Positions 34,701-49,700 of a stretch of 64,000 nt of DNA are shown piece after piece. The notes below the pieces were generated by a model. It did not search any database. It saw only the letters and a list, made by a program, of their open reading frames with translations, and was not told the origin of the DNA. Location: contig NC_092672.1 in NCBI RefSeq assembly GCF_964355755.1, forward strand, positions 38,260,437 through 38,324,436. Reading direction: 5' to 3'. The first letter of the stretch is position 1. Each line of letters opens with the position of its first letter. A program made the translations under genes and the position numbers. This stretch comes from Antedon mediterranea (Eukaryota; Animalia; Echinodermata).

Positions 34701-37700
34701 TAGTGAATTGTTTAGAGGTATTCATGCAGGTTGATATGCAGGATGTCTCCACCTCTAATTATTTGCATGTTTGTCAGTATTTTAATTCATAAAATGCACG
34801 GATCTGTTGTTATTCATTGATTGAGGATAGCTTCTTACTTTTATTATTTACCAATATAAGAAACAGAAACTGGCTGTATCAAGTAATTGATCAGCCCTTT
34901 TCTGATTAAAACTAATGTTTACATGTTATTGTTAAGTTAACGTATACCATAGAGTGCCTTTAGTCTGTTCTTGGAATCATACTTTCATACCACCACTGTA
35001 CACCAGTGCTTAGTAGGGATTTCCTTTAATCATTGTACAATTTCCTCTGCTATTCACTATTTTATTTCCGATCAAAGGTACTTAAATAATAATTTACCAG
35101 ACAACATATGGACAGTGTGTATACTGTATGCATACAGTTGTTTTAAATATTGGCTGAATGAAACTGTACATTGCATATTAATTTATAAAAAACTTTTTGA
35201 GGATATAAAAACTCGAATTGAGAACATTTTAGAATAAATACGTTTGCATTTGAATGCAGTGGACATTTTGAAGGACAGTTATTCAATACACAGTGATTCA
35301 ATTAAGTAATCATTTAAGTAGGGTACTTAACAACTTAAGGAACACTTTAAATTAAATCCAATGTCATTTGAATTTTTAAAGGGAAGAATTGCGTACTCAG
35401 GCCTTGTCTTTTAAGGCGAGCGAGTGCGATCACTCACCTAACACACTCCTAAACTGCCCTTGAGGAGTGTGATTCACAACACGCTTAAATTTGATAAACT
35501 TCTAATGTATTGAGGAGTGCAATTTGTAGCACACCTACACACCAACATACAAACAGCACACCTACAGCACCCCTACAACACCCCTGAATGTATTGAGGAG
35601 TGCAATTTGTAGCACACCTACACACCAACATACATACAGCACACCTACAGCACCCCTACAACACCCCTGAATGTATTGAGGAGTGCAATTTGTAGCACAC
35701 CTACACACCAACATGCAAACAGCGCACCTACAGCACCCCTACAACACCCCTGAATGTATTGAGGAGTGCAATTTGTAGCATGTCTATCATTTTCAAAAGA
35801 CAAGGCCTGCGTACTGTATCTAAATTTAGAGGGCGTTGTACTGTATTCTTTTTATTACTGATACTACTATACTACTCTACAGTATACGCCTTGTAAAACC
35901 ACCATTGTCAACTCTGATATTAAGGTAAATAAAAAGAGGCTTTGTTTCTCGAGGAGTACATTGAGCCTATCATTATTGGATATCAGAATTGCTGTGCCAA
36001 TTATTTCAAAGGTTTACTTTACAGGTATAGTGTGTGCCCAGGTACACTTTACACACTTGACTAAAATGCAACCATGCATGAAATAGTTACCGTAGTCCCT
36101 GCCGTGATTAACGAACAGACCAACACATTTTAATCCCATAGAATGAAATCAATATTATTTGGTAGTAATGACATTTGATTTACTTGCTTCTAATTATTTC
36201 TATGATAAATATGTGATGTTTTGTTTGTTTTTTAACAGCAAGTGACCTTTTTTCTAAGTTTGGAAAACTTACCGTATATTTCGGTGTATAAGTCGCACTT
36301 TTGACACGCAAATTTGACCTCTAAATTAAGGGTGCGTCTTATACACCGAACATAAATGCCTCACCACACAGATTGTACATAGGCTTAGGCTATCGTCACC
36401 TCGTTTGCTAGGGCTGAGTAGGGTAGGCCTAGCTACAGTAACTAACTAACGTAACGGCAACCTGCTTCTGCCTAGGCCTAGTTTTCAAGTCATTTTAGCA
36501 TGATGTTATACTAAATATGATGGAAAGATTTGTTCATTATGGCGCTCCGATAAAATTTCATTTGTAAACGTTTACGTCGTACGATTGGAATAGTATTTAA
36601 AAGTAGTTATACGCACGATCGCCGTACCCCAAGCGCAAGCCCTTCTTTTGGTGGCACATGGTGTACGGTATTCGACTAGTATATTCTCCAGGTGATTATA
36701 GCATGGACCTAGCGTACACACTTCTTGGATACATAGATACTAATCGAATACGATTGTCCGTGAAAACGTGCGCCCTCTCGAAATGATCGAGCGAGGCTAG
36801 CCCACACACGTGCGTGTTACACACACGGTCATGCACTCGATGTTGCGGCGAAACTCATGAATAACAAGTTAGAAAGAACTTGTTGAGGCTGGGCGCGGCC
36901 GAGCCTAGGTAAGAAAAAACCTAAATAAAGGACGCCGTTGTAGATATAACAAAATATATTATTACAATAATATTGATTACAATTTAAAAAAACATTGTTT
37001 TGATGAAATATAAGGTGCGTCTTATACATCGACGATGTAAAAAATACCGATATTTTACTCTCAGTTGGGGGTGCGTCTTATACACAGGTGCGACTTATAC
37101 ACCGAAATATACGGTAACCCTTATCCCCCACTTCCATTTCTCCAGCTACCCCCACCCGATCCCATCCATACACACAAGCCGATAATCATAGGAGCTTCCT
37201 GATATTTCATGTGACCTTTGCATTATTTTCTGAATTCAAATTGCCACACTTTGAAAGTGTTTTACTATAATGGTATAATGCTGATGGCCGAGCTTGTTTT
37301 AGACAACGCCCTCTATTTGGATGAATAGTTTCATTTTAGGTTAAATCATCAAGTCTATTCACTAAATTCATCAAATTGATTCTCTATTCAGCTGACATGT
37401 GCTGTTTTAGATTGACTTTCTGCTGTGTACAGTATTTATCAAATGAAGTGTGAATAAAAAAAAGATGTTATTCTATTTCATAAACAATACCACATATTTA
37501 CCATACAGTACTTTTATCCTAATTGTCTACACCACCAGTACAAGAATAATATAAGCATAGACTTAAATAATCCTAAGGTTAAACTTTACCTTGAGGTTCA
37601 ATCAAGCGGAAAAAATAAACCAAAAAAACTTGTGAGATCAGTATTAGAACTAGTTAAAGTTGTCCAATCACAATTGTTTGTGAGTCATTTTACTAAAAAC

Positions 37701-40700
37701 TGAGGTCACTTAGGCTATTAGTTTAGTATTTTATTCATCTGATTCACTCAAAAATTAGTAACAAGATTGTCGATAAATTCACCGGTGTTGAAGTTCTACT
37801 CTGAACATTGTGTTTTAATTTGATGGGTGTACAGTGATCCACACCACCAGTTGATATTTTGGAATATTATATAGTTTATTTATTTGTGGTTTCTGGATGG
37901 TTTCCACAGCACAACAGGGCTAACCTAATTGTTGACTGATTTTGTGGTATTTCCTGTTAAAATCAAATCTTGTCTATATTATTGATATTACTTCAATCAA
38001 TGAAACCTACCGGATGACCTACTGAATGTCCTACTGAATGTCCTACCGGATGACCTACTGAATGTCCTACTGAATGTCAGACCTGTAAAATTTGAATACT
38101 TTTGTATAGACACGTGGATTTGTACCTGTACGCTACATTTATATTTTGCCAATAATTATGGAGGATTTATCAGAGAAGGAAATACTCTTTTTCTTTTCTA
38201 ACAAGAAAAGTAAACAAGCAGATCGATACTTGGTAGGTTTCTCTTTCTGCTGTGAGTTGTTTTCCAAAGGTTCTCAATATTAAAATAAATCTAAATGTAC
38301 ATTCATCATGCTGTTGTATACTGCCTCACAAAGGCAAAGGGAAGTATGGGACAATTTTTTCCAAACATGGGTTGTAACTGTACATGATTCAGGACATCAT
38401 TTTGCACATTCATCATGCTACAGTATCATGCTACAGTATGACCTTTTGCACTCCTTTGTACTACTACTCTGTAATGAATCAGTTTCTTAATTATTAAAAC
38501 CAAAATCTATTCTACTTCATTTTAACATTGACTTTAATACAATATTAATTTTACCATCTTTGCAGACATTATATGCTGATGATTTGATATTTAAACAATA
38601 CTATTTCTTTTTACGGTAGCCATACAGTCAGTCTTTACAAAGTACCGTAAAGCCAGGATTAGGAAATCTATTTGGTTTTAGAAAAAGTTACTGTGGGTGG
38701 TACAGTAGCAGGATGCATAAACCCGTTGAGATTTAGGTCAATAGGTCAATGCTATTTTAATACATAAGGTAAAGCTTAGACTAAAAAACTAGAATGATGT
38801 AGGTGTAGGGATCGATATTCCTTTCCTGACCCTTTCCTTATCACCACCAACACCCGAAATCACACACCATTCGACCTAACACACCAATCAACCTCGCACA
38901 CCAATCGACCTCACACACACTAATCGACCTCACACACACTAATCGACCTCACACACACTAATCGACATCACACACTAATCGACATCACACACTAATCGAC
39001 ATCACACACCAATCGATATCACACACCAATGGACCTCACACACCAATGGACCTCACACACCATCCTTCTGTACACAGTATGCAGTCTCAAGCTAGTTCTG
39101 TACTCAAGCCAAGAAACAATGACCTGGTTATTCCCATGTTGTCTTTTCTTCTCCTTCATTTATTCATCATTCATTCAACCGTTCTGTTTTGATGGTTTTT
39201 AATCTAAAATCACAATCAAAGCAACGAAAACAATAGATCCTTATGTCGGGAAAGATTCTTCAACACATTCATATTAAATATTTCATTTGTTAAATTGTAC
39301 CTGAGCTGCTAACACTCAGTAAATGACAACAGTATTCACAATTCTAAGGAGTTTATACTTAAAATGGTTCCAGTTTGCCAGGATTTAATGAGTTTGTGAA
39401 TAATGTTTACTTTACCTCTCTGTGGAATAATTGGTTGGTGTGAAAGGATATCAACAGTTTAATGGAATCTTATAATAAGTGTAGCATTGTGAAGAAGATT
39501 CACAGTTTACTAAGGGCAAGTATACAACCTTAAAAATAGTCTAGCATTTTCATTTGCTTTAATTTTAATGAATACAGCAAAACAGTACACTTCTAAAGTG
39601 GGAATACCATTTACCGAATTCTCAAGGGCAGATCCAAGGGGGGGCAGCCAGGGCTCCCTAAAATTCGCAAATTGTAATGCAGAAAGGAAACAATTTAAGC
39701 TCAGCACTTTATTTCACCATTTTTAGGCCCTGGTTCTCCCTATTTAAAAATCCTGGATCCGCCAATGATTCTTTCAAACCAAAGTCTATTTTGTGCTTGC
39801 TATAGTAGCTTTCCACTTGGTGGTATGGCTTGCATACAATTCCACTGTCTTGGAGGGTTTTTACTTTTTGAGAACTTGTCTACTAAACGCCTATAGTATG
39901 TTGGTTTGTGTAAGTAAGCGGTACTCATACTATCAACACCACTTCTGGTTTTTTGTGCCTCAGTAATGAAATGTTCTTTTAGATGTCAATCCCCCCTGGT
40001 GTTTACTGAGGGTTCTTGTTTTCCACTGAATGGTACAGCTCCTACAGTTCCTTGCCAGAAACCCAAACACTATTGTTGTAGACTTTGTAGTTGATACACT
40101 GTTGGCTTCAGGGACTCGTTAAATGTATAAAGTTACATATTTGAGTTTTATTTACACTGTATAAGAGGTGTAAGACCAGGCACTATGCTACCGTGATTTA
40201 TTGATTTTTGTAGGCTTAACATGTTTTCCAAGAAATTGAATTTACTGTTAAATGTTAAAACCTTTTTTCTCGACATACAAGTTTCTTGGTTCTGGCATTA
40301 TATTTTTAAAATAAATTTTTCGTAATTAATTGAGTATTCAACCTGTCAAACCCCACCCCACTATTTCCAAATACTGGATCCACCACTGAAAATACTGACT
40401 ATTATAAAAATGTTTATTTAGTTTTAAATAACTCTTTCTGTCACTCAGTATAGAAAATAGGTTCCTTTTTAATTGTATCATATAACTAACCGTAAAACTG
40501 TCTCAACTCAAACAATATTAATATGTTGTCTATTTCGTGCCTAGCTTACCTGTATAAACTGACAATAGCTCATGCTCTCCAGAGCTATTCTTAAGAAATA
40601 TTGAATAGTTCTTTCATGATGGTCAATAGGTCAGTACAAAATACTTATTGGTCCTGTCCTAGGTGTAAACCCAATTCTAGTTATTCCTTTTTAGGCTTGT

Positions 40701-43700
40701 GTGTAAACGTTGATTGTAATCACTGCTAATTGGCCAAGCCATCAACTGCCAGCCGTAACCCTAGGATGTTTACCTAGTTGTCTATCATAGAAATATGACA
40801 AGTTATAAAGCCATGTTGAGCTATACAGACAGGTGCAGCAGCATAGCATACTAATTAACTATGCTTTAAAACATACCACCGTTATATAGTTAGCAACACT
40901 AGTAAAGAGAACTTGAGCATCCAACATGATTACATTTCGGACTAAGCTTATATTTCCTAAAGTATGTACTTTTTTACGTATTTGGTGTTGCCTTAGGAGT
41001 GATAATTAATTAGGGGAGTATACTTTGGTAGTACAGTTGTATTTCATATAGTTATTAAATAATTAATAAAACTCTAGTTTATAGTACTGTATGCCATTTC
41101 ATCTAATGGATGTTGTACCAACCATGCACGATGTTATTAACTTTCCAATGTGCGAAACTGTATATCACAGGATTTTAATCATTTGAATTACATTTGTATT
41201 ACATTCATTTTTATGATCAAGTATTGTATGGAATTATGTATTGTTTAAAAATGCCTCCAATGCAATATTCTGAATATTGTACAAAGTGTACATGGATGAA
41301 GTAAACTATTATGTTATTATACAATTAATAAATAATAATTTGCTTCGTTTACTGTTTTAAATTATAAAGCAATATGTTGTATGTATGACAATGAATGATG
41401 ATTTTGTTTAACATGGTATAACATTACTGTAGCTAGGATCTTGTGGCCCAATGTAATATAAATAATTTGACTTCAACAAAAAGAGACATGAGATGTGTTT
41501 CACATTTGTAAAAATGTAAAGATGTTCGAATACAACTGTATCAATGGAAATATTGTTTATAACTTGCATTAAAACATTAAGACTTTCACCATTTTAATGT
41601 TGGTGATATCATGTGTGTTAATGTACAGTATAGGTATTGATGTTGTGTGATGTGACTGTTTATACAGTAACTTGCATTAAAACATTAAGACTTTCACCAT
41701 TTTAATGTTGGTGACATCATGTGTGTTAATGTACAGTATAATATTTATGCTGTGTGATGTGACTTGAGTACAATTAAACATACTGTAATGAGCAAAGGAT
41801 GAGATGTGACTTAGGAATTCATGGATGAGTCAGTCAGTGTATGTAATCAATATTAGCTATCAGATGACTACAGATTGAATACATCTGGCTCCATCCAAGA
41901 ACTTGTTATGAAGAAATCAGAGTTATCATCATTGGTTAAAATTGTTATCAAATGTGATCAACATCTGTGTTGTCAATGCCATCAATATTGTCATTGTCAT
42001 CAATATTGTCATTGTCATCATTATTGTCATAAACATCATTAGCATCATTGTTTCCATCGTCGTTGGTGTCATTATTGTTACCATATTGTACTGTCTTATT
42101 GTTCTACCAAGTGTTTTTAAATTTATAAATCTATTCATACTGCCTTAATGTATATTGATAATATGTACTTTACAAAGAAGATGAATAATCACATTCGCTA
42201 TTTAATGAATTTAAAAAATTTTATCTGCTAATTAATTTTAATTTGCTTCATAGTTAAATAATGATTTGTTCGTGTGAACTTTTACCTGGTCGTCTAGCAA
42301 TGTAATACCATATACCTTTATTCATCAGAGTATTAGAAGAAAAAGGAGGGACATTTTAAAAAGCCTACAATTGGGATACCATTGCTTATAGAATAATATA
42401 TAAAGTTCTTACCTTTATTAAAGTTAAGAGTGTTATTATTTATTGAACATCTATTTACAGTAAGGGGTCTTTGCCACTTTAATGTTTTGATAACCAATTT
42501 TTTCTGTACATTACTTTGATTTTTACTCTGTTTTAATTTCACAAAACTAAGAAAATTAGAAACATTGTATTCAATTTTATTTGATTGGAAAGAAATAAAC
42601 GTTTATTTGATTCTAATCTAACTTTTTGTTTTACAGGCCAAATCTGATGATCAGTTGGCATCTGAGAAAGCTGTGATAGATGCAGAGAAGGTGTGGCTTC
42701 TACATCGAGGTGGTTTCAGTGCAGCCAAGTTACTGCCTTCAGATGGGATTGTAGAAGGGCGTGTCAAGATTAAGTTAGAACACAGTGGTGATGTCATTGA
42801 AGTTGATGATGATGATGTTGAGAAGGTAATCTACACATTATTAAATAAAAGCTTAAGGTTTTAGCCAAGGAGGTTTGTTGGGTTTGAAAGAACCCCCTTT
42901 TACTTACACTTGCAGTTGCCCCTTGCTTTTTAATGAAAAAAGAACCCCCTGTAAAAATGCGGGTTACAGACTTAAACCTTATTCACAAATTGTTTATTTT
43001 TGTTATTTTAATAAATTTCTCGATTCTTTTAAATTTATTTTCGTAGGCGAATCCTCCTCAATATGATCGAGCTGAGGGTCTTGGACAGCTTCCATATCTC
43101 AATGAGTCTGGCGTGTTGCATACATTACGTCAACGCTATGCTAGCAACCTTATACATACATTCAGTGGTAGGAATCTACTAGTTATCAATCCAATGCATT
43201 CATTGCCTATCTACTCTGATAAGGTAAGACCATATGGTAAAACTTGATTAATATTCATACCATCCAATACATTCATTCAGTATAACAACATTAGAAGCAA
43301 AAGCTTGTCTCATGAGCTTGATACATGAAAAGAAATATAAAACAAACAATAAAATAAATAAAAAGAAAGAGCATAACAAATATTAAGTTGGACGTCCCAA
43401 CAAAAATCCCGACAATCTTTATAATAGGACTCTGGACAGTTGTTACAGAAAGTATTGTCATGCATAATTAATGTCCACCATCACAGTGCAATATGGCCAC
43501 CATAACTGTACAGTGCTAATCCGCAATATTATGACTATTTTAATATTTTTTCAATTATATTTCTAAAATTGATTTTCTTTCTGTACAGAGAGTGCTTGGT
43601 GTATTGTAGTGTTCAATTCAATAACCGTTTTCATAATTAAAAAAAAGTCCATCTTTTTTTTATACACTCAATTTCCACATTTACCCACACACAATGATAT

Positions 43701-46700
43701 CATATCATATTTGTTGTCTTTAAATTTATTATCAAACTACTAAACATTCACTTATTAGTAATTATATAGAATAGGATAAATGAATTGTAATGTAAGTAAG
43801 CAAACAGTACTGTTACGTTTCGATCCTGATACCATCTGATCTTCACCAGAAAATGACTGGTTATACAAGGTTGCAATAGGTGCCTTGGATTGTTGTATCA
43901 TTTTTGATCTAACTAAGCACTTCAATTATCAGCACACTCTATTAATAAAATATTTAAAGTAATTTTAATTCAAAGCTATAGACAGATACTCAATACTACT
44001 CATTACAGTGAAGTTAAGCCTCATTTGGTTAAAACTGTATAATGATTCCCCATGAGACAACGTTGTCAGCTCTCTTAAAGATTCCATTCTAAAAGTCATT
44101 AAAAGAAACGGTTCTAAAGTCAAGTATCTAATTACAGTATGTGTAGTGAATGAATAAAGCTCTGTTTACACTATCAAACTAGTGTAATATGCCCAAATAT
44201 GGTAGTGATATGACATCATATCCATTATGAGCACATCACCTTTTTTGTCACATAAAGTTTGATAGTGTAGACAGAGCTTTAGTTTAGATACTCTGACTGG
44301 ACCTAACTAATTCTTTTCTTTATATTCATCTTTTGATTAACATTTGTTTAAATGTATTAGTAAGGTTAAAAACAAATTATTCTCTTTGCACTCTAATGTT
44401 CTGTTTTAATGAAGTAATATTTTTACTCGTCGAGTCAAAATTGTGTCAGACTTTATGTAAGTTGTTTGTAATAGTTTTGAATCATAGTAAATAACAACAT
44501 TTTGTAAAAATGTTTATATTATAAATAAGATAAAATGATGAGAAACATCAATTTTATGTTCAAATCAAATCATGTTAATTGTATCCATTTCAAAGTCATT
44601 ATTTGAAGAACTAATTGTAAAATATATATTGTCCCCTGAAAAAAAAAATGTTGTTGCCTTACTATAGGTTCTTCAGATGTTTAAGGGGTGCAAACCAGAG
44701 GACATGCCTCCACACATTTACGCAACTGCCCAGACAGCCTACAAAAACATGCTTACTTCACGGATGGACCAGTCCATTATTTTTATGGGGCAAAGTGGCA
44801 GCGGGAAATCTACAAATGCTAAACATGTCATAAGCTACCTGGCTAATGCTGCTGGAACGGTTAATAATGTAGTAACAGGTATTACTATAAATTAAGACCT
44901 TGTCTGTTATTCTTCATTGTCTATCAAACAACAACTACAAAGTAAGTGGCAGGAAACACAAAAGGGAACTAAATCCCTATGGCAAGAGCCAGTGTAACCC
45001 TCTTACTGAGTAGTTACTTGTAGCATATGTGTCAACCTGATGGACAATATAGCATATCAATGAGTATATCAGAAATATCAACAATAAAAATAAAAAAACA
45101 TTTAAAAAATTTAATTATTGCAAAAGCAATAGCACATGGAAATATCCTTCCCTGTTTCCCTTGTAGAGTACAGTCGACATTCCTAATACCGGACTCTCTA
45201 AACACCTAAAACTCTCAAAAAACCAAACCTTTCTTGAGGTCCAAAAAGTTTCAAAATCTCTTTAATCGTTAATCAGCCTTTATCCTGGTTTTCTACTAAC
45301 CATTTCTTTAATCACTGACTGTTTTTTTGTTGTTATTTATTAGCTGATAAGATGCAAGCTGTTTCAACATTATTGGAAGCATTTGGAAATGCCAGAACTA
45401 TTCAGAATTCAAATGCTACACGTTTTGCCCAGGTGACCTCGTTGGATTACGACTACTCTGGCCAAATTGCAGCTGGCTCAGTTCAGGTACTTTCTAAATC
45501 ATCATTTTTAAAATGCTAACATTTTTTTTAAATTTATTTTATCAAATAAATAAACCTAGGTACTATTTTTAAATACATACATTTCTTTATAAATCATTAA
45601 GTATATGTATATATATATAAATGTAGGGGTTAACATGCTTGCCTTTCATTTCTAAGGTTCTGACTTAAAGTCCTGAATTAGTTCCAGGCTTGTAAACTCA
45701 CTTATTGGATGTTTATGAAATTTAAACAATCGGAATTCCATATATTTGGAGAGTAAAATATCTGAATACAACATGCTGAAATTGTTTTTGTAGATCTTGA
45801 TGTTAGAGAAATACCGTGTAGTGAGGCGACCAGAAGATGAACCAACCTTTAATATATTCTATCAACTGTTGGCAGGAGCAGACACAGTTTTGAAGTAAGA
45901 TATTCAGCTTCTCTTTTATAGTTATTCATTTTGGAAAATACCTCACAACATTTGTAATATACTATGCTTTGTCTACACAATTAAACTAGTGTGACAAAAA
46001 ATGTGTGATTTGCCCAAATATGGTAGTGATATGCTTAAATTTGGTAGTGATATGACATCATGTCCATATATGGGCAAAACACATTTTCAGTTTGATAGTG
46101 TAGACAGAGCTTAAAAGAAAGGAACACCCTTGGCTAAATGTGCCAATGTGCTTATAGATAAATGTAATAAAAACATGATTACAATGGTTCAAGGTACAAT
46201 AGTAAGCAATTTAGTTAAAAAATAGACTTTTAAACGACAACATATCGGAAATTGAACAGCGCCATTTTGACAGGTTAAGAGCAATTATGTGACGTCAGAT
46301 TAGGTGGACGCATTCAAGCAAATCCAAGCGTCCATCCTCATAGTACAGTATTTCAATATGGAAGTGCGGGATATAACCATAAATAAAATCAATTAAATAG
46401 CCTAACATACCTAGTATTTTCGGAATATGGCTTGGAGTTTTTATAATTCAGAAAATTTGGAACCAGAATATACAGAAAGAGAGTTAGTTTTGCGTCGTAC
46501 TGATGAGAAAAAAAGAAGAGAAGAAGAACATTCTCGAGCATAACAAGCCATCGAAGAATGGTGTACTTTCGGCCAGTGTATCTGTACTGTATGCCTTACT
46601 AGGCCTAGAACTCGTGTTCAACGAAAATAAAGTAGACACTGCATCGTCAACCAACAGCCTCCGTTTGGAAGGTTTGCCAGTTAATTCCCCTACCAAATCC

Positions 46701-49700
46701 CGTTTGAAACAGCTAGGCAATAAAAGTAACAATAGATTAACAATAGTTGAAAGATTTACGAATTGGCTTGCAGAAGAAAAGATCGATCGAAGGTTTGTTT
46801 ACCAAGCCAGCGCATGCTCATACCGTGTCATCGCCGTCCTGCATGACCGCATGTTGCGTTATTAGCCAATCATATTAGCGGATTCGCTTAGCCAATAGAA
46901 GCGCCGAATTCAACCGCGAATCTTAAAATTTTCGTCGGCCGTATCTGACGTCACAAACAGGCTGCCATGAGCACAAGATGGCGATTTTCAAATGTCTTGA
47001 AAACAGCTTTAAAATCCTGTTTACTAGAAAACTACAAATCCAATTTAAACATAAATTGTGCTGAATATTAAGTTGGTAGGGTTACTTTTATAATAGTTAG
47101 GTAAGATATTAGGGTGTTCCTTTCCTTTAAGAAAAGTCAAAGTAAAAATGGAGCTTCTGTAGGGATTTTAAGTTTCTGTAAATGTTATGAAATAAATAGG
47201 AAATACATTTTATTGTTTGTTCTGTTTATTTACACAGAAAAGAACTTCATCTTGGTCAAGTTTCTGACCAGAATTACTTTATGAATTGCAAGGTGAGTAA
47301 TATATGATACAGTAGAGCTCTTCCTTTTAAACACTCCTATTCAGACAACAGCCCTTCCCCACGAACAAGGGGAAATAAATGTATTAACACTACTGCCAAC
47401 AGCCCTTCCCCATGCAATGAACAAGGGCCAATAAATGTATTAACACTACTGCCAACAGCCCTTCCCCATGCAATGAACAAGGGGAAATAAATGTATTAAC
47501 ACTACTGCCAACAGCCCTTCCCCATGCAATGAACAAGGGGAAATAAATGTATTAACACTACTGCCAACAGCCCTTCCCCATGCAATGAACAAGGGCCAAT
47601 AAATGTATTAACACTACTGCCAACAGCCCTTCCCCATGCAATGAACAAGGGCCAATAAATGTATTAACACTACTGCCAACAGCCCTTCCCCATGCAATGA
47701 ACAAGGGCCAATAAATGTATTAACACTACTGCCAACAGCCCTTCCCCATGCAATGAACAAGTGCCAATAAATGTATTAACACTACTGCCAACAGCCTTCC
47801 CTATGCAATGAACAAGGGGAAATAAATGTATTAACACTACTGCCAACAGCCCTCCCCCATGCAATGAACAAGTGCCAATAAATGTATTAACACTACTGCC
47901 AACAGCCCTTCCCCATGCAATGAACAAGTGCCAATAAATGTATTAACACTACTGCCAACAGCCCTTCCCCATGCAATGAACAAGGGGAAATAAATGTATT
48001 AACACTACTGCCAACAGCCCTTCCCCATGCAATGAACAAGGGGAAATAAATGTATTACCACTACTGCCAACAGCCCTTCCCCATGCAATGAACAAGGGCC
48101 AATAAATGTATTAACACTACTGCCAACAGCCCTTCCCCATGCAATGAACAAGTGCCAATAAATGTATTAACACTACTGCCAACAGCCTTCCCTATGCAAT
48201 GAACAAGGGGAAATAAATGTATTAACACTACTGCCAACAGCCCTCCCCCATGCAATGAACAAGTGCCAATAAATGTATTAACACTACTGCCAACAGCCCT
48301 TCCCCATGCAATGAACAAGTGCCAATAAATGTATTAACACTACTGCCAACAGCCCTTCCCCATGCAATGAACAAGGGGAAATAAATGTATTAACACTACT
48401 GCCAACAGCCCTTCCCCATGCAATGAACAAGGGGAAATAAATGTATTACCACTACTGCCAACAGCCCTTCCCCATGCAATGAACAAGTGCCAATAAATGT
48501 ATTAACACTACTGCCAACAGCCCTTCCCCATGCAATGAACAAGGGGAAATAAATGTATTAACACTACTGCCAACAGCCCTTCCCCATGCAATGAACAAGG
48601 GGAAATAAATGTATTAACACTACTGCCAACAGCCCTTCCCCATGCAATGAACAAGTGCCAATAAATGTATTAACACTACTGCCAACAGCCCTTCCCCATG
48701 CAATGAACAAGGGGAAATAAATGTATTAACACTACTGCCAACAGCCCTTCCCCATGCAATGAACAAGGGCCAATAAATGTATTAACACTACTGCCAACAG
48801 CCCTTCCCCATGCAATGAACAATGGGAAATAAATGTATTAACACTACTGCCAACAGCCCTTCCCCATGCAATGAACAAGGGGAACTAAATGTATTAACAC
48901 TACTGCCAACAGCCCTTCCCCATGCAATGAACAAGTGCCAATAAATGTATTAACACTACTGCCAACAGCCCTTCCCCATGCAATGAACAAGGGGAAATAA
49001 ATGTATTAACACTACTGCCAACAGCCCTTCCCCATGCAATGAACAAGGGCCAATAAATGTATTAACACTACTGCCAACAGCCCTTCCCCATGCAATGAAC
49101 AAGGGGAAATAAATGTATTAACACTACTGCCAACAGCCCTTCCCCATGCAATGAACAAGGGCCAATAAATGTATTAACACTACTGCCAACAGCCCTTCCC
49201 CATGCAATGAACAGGGGAAAATAAATGTATTAACACTACTGCCAACAGCCCTTCCCCATGCAATGAATAAGTGCCAATAAATGTATTAACACTACTGCCA
49301 ACAGCCCTTCCCCATGCAATGAACAAGGGGAAATAAATGTATTAACACTACTGCCAACAGCCCTTCTCCATGCAATGAACAAGGGCCAATAAATGTATTA
49401 ACACTACTGCCAACAGCCCTTCCCCATGCAATGAACAGGGGAAAATAAATGTATTAACACTACTGCCAACAGCCCTTCCCCATGCAATGAACAAGTGCCA
49501 ATAAATGTATTAACACTACTGCCAACAGCCCTTCCCCATGCAATGAACAAGGGCCAATAAATTTATTAACACTACTGCCAACAGCCCTTCCCCATGCAAT
49601 GAACAAGTGCCAATAAATGTATTAACACTACTGCCAACAGCCCTTCCCCATGCAATGAACAAGGGCCAATAAATGTATTAACACTACTGCCAACAGCCCT

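Noticed and set aside
34695-34717. AG/GT-bounded micro-exon in MYO18A intron 1
   Set aside because: 23 nt, frame-shifting, with an in-frame stop.
37277-37328. MLMAELV... ORF as the myosin-18 beta start exon
   Set aside because: No usable splice donor before the stop; resemblance probably coincidental.
41929-42148. Hydrophobic 68-69-aa ORFs (membrane peptide)
   Set aside because: Low-complexity ATC/GTC/ATT trinucleotide repeat; no splice or expression cues.
46503-46865. 120-aa ORF as a transposase or nested gene
   Set aside because: No recognisable domain or catalytic motif; lies in a non-autonomous element.
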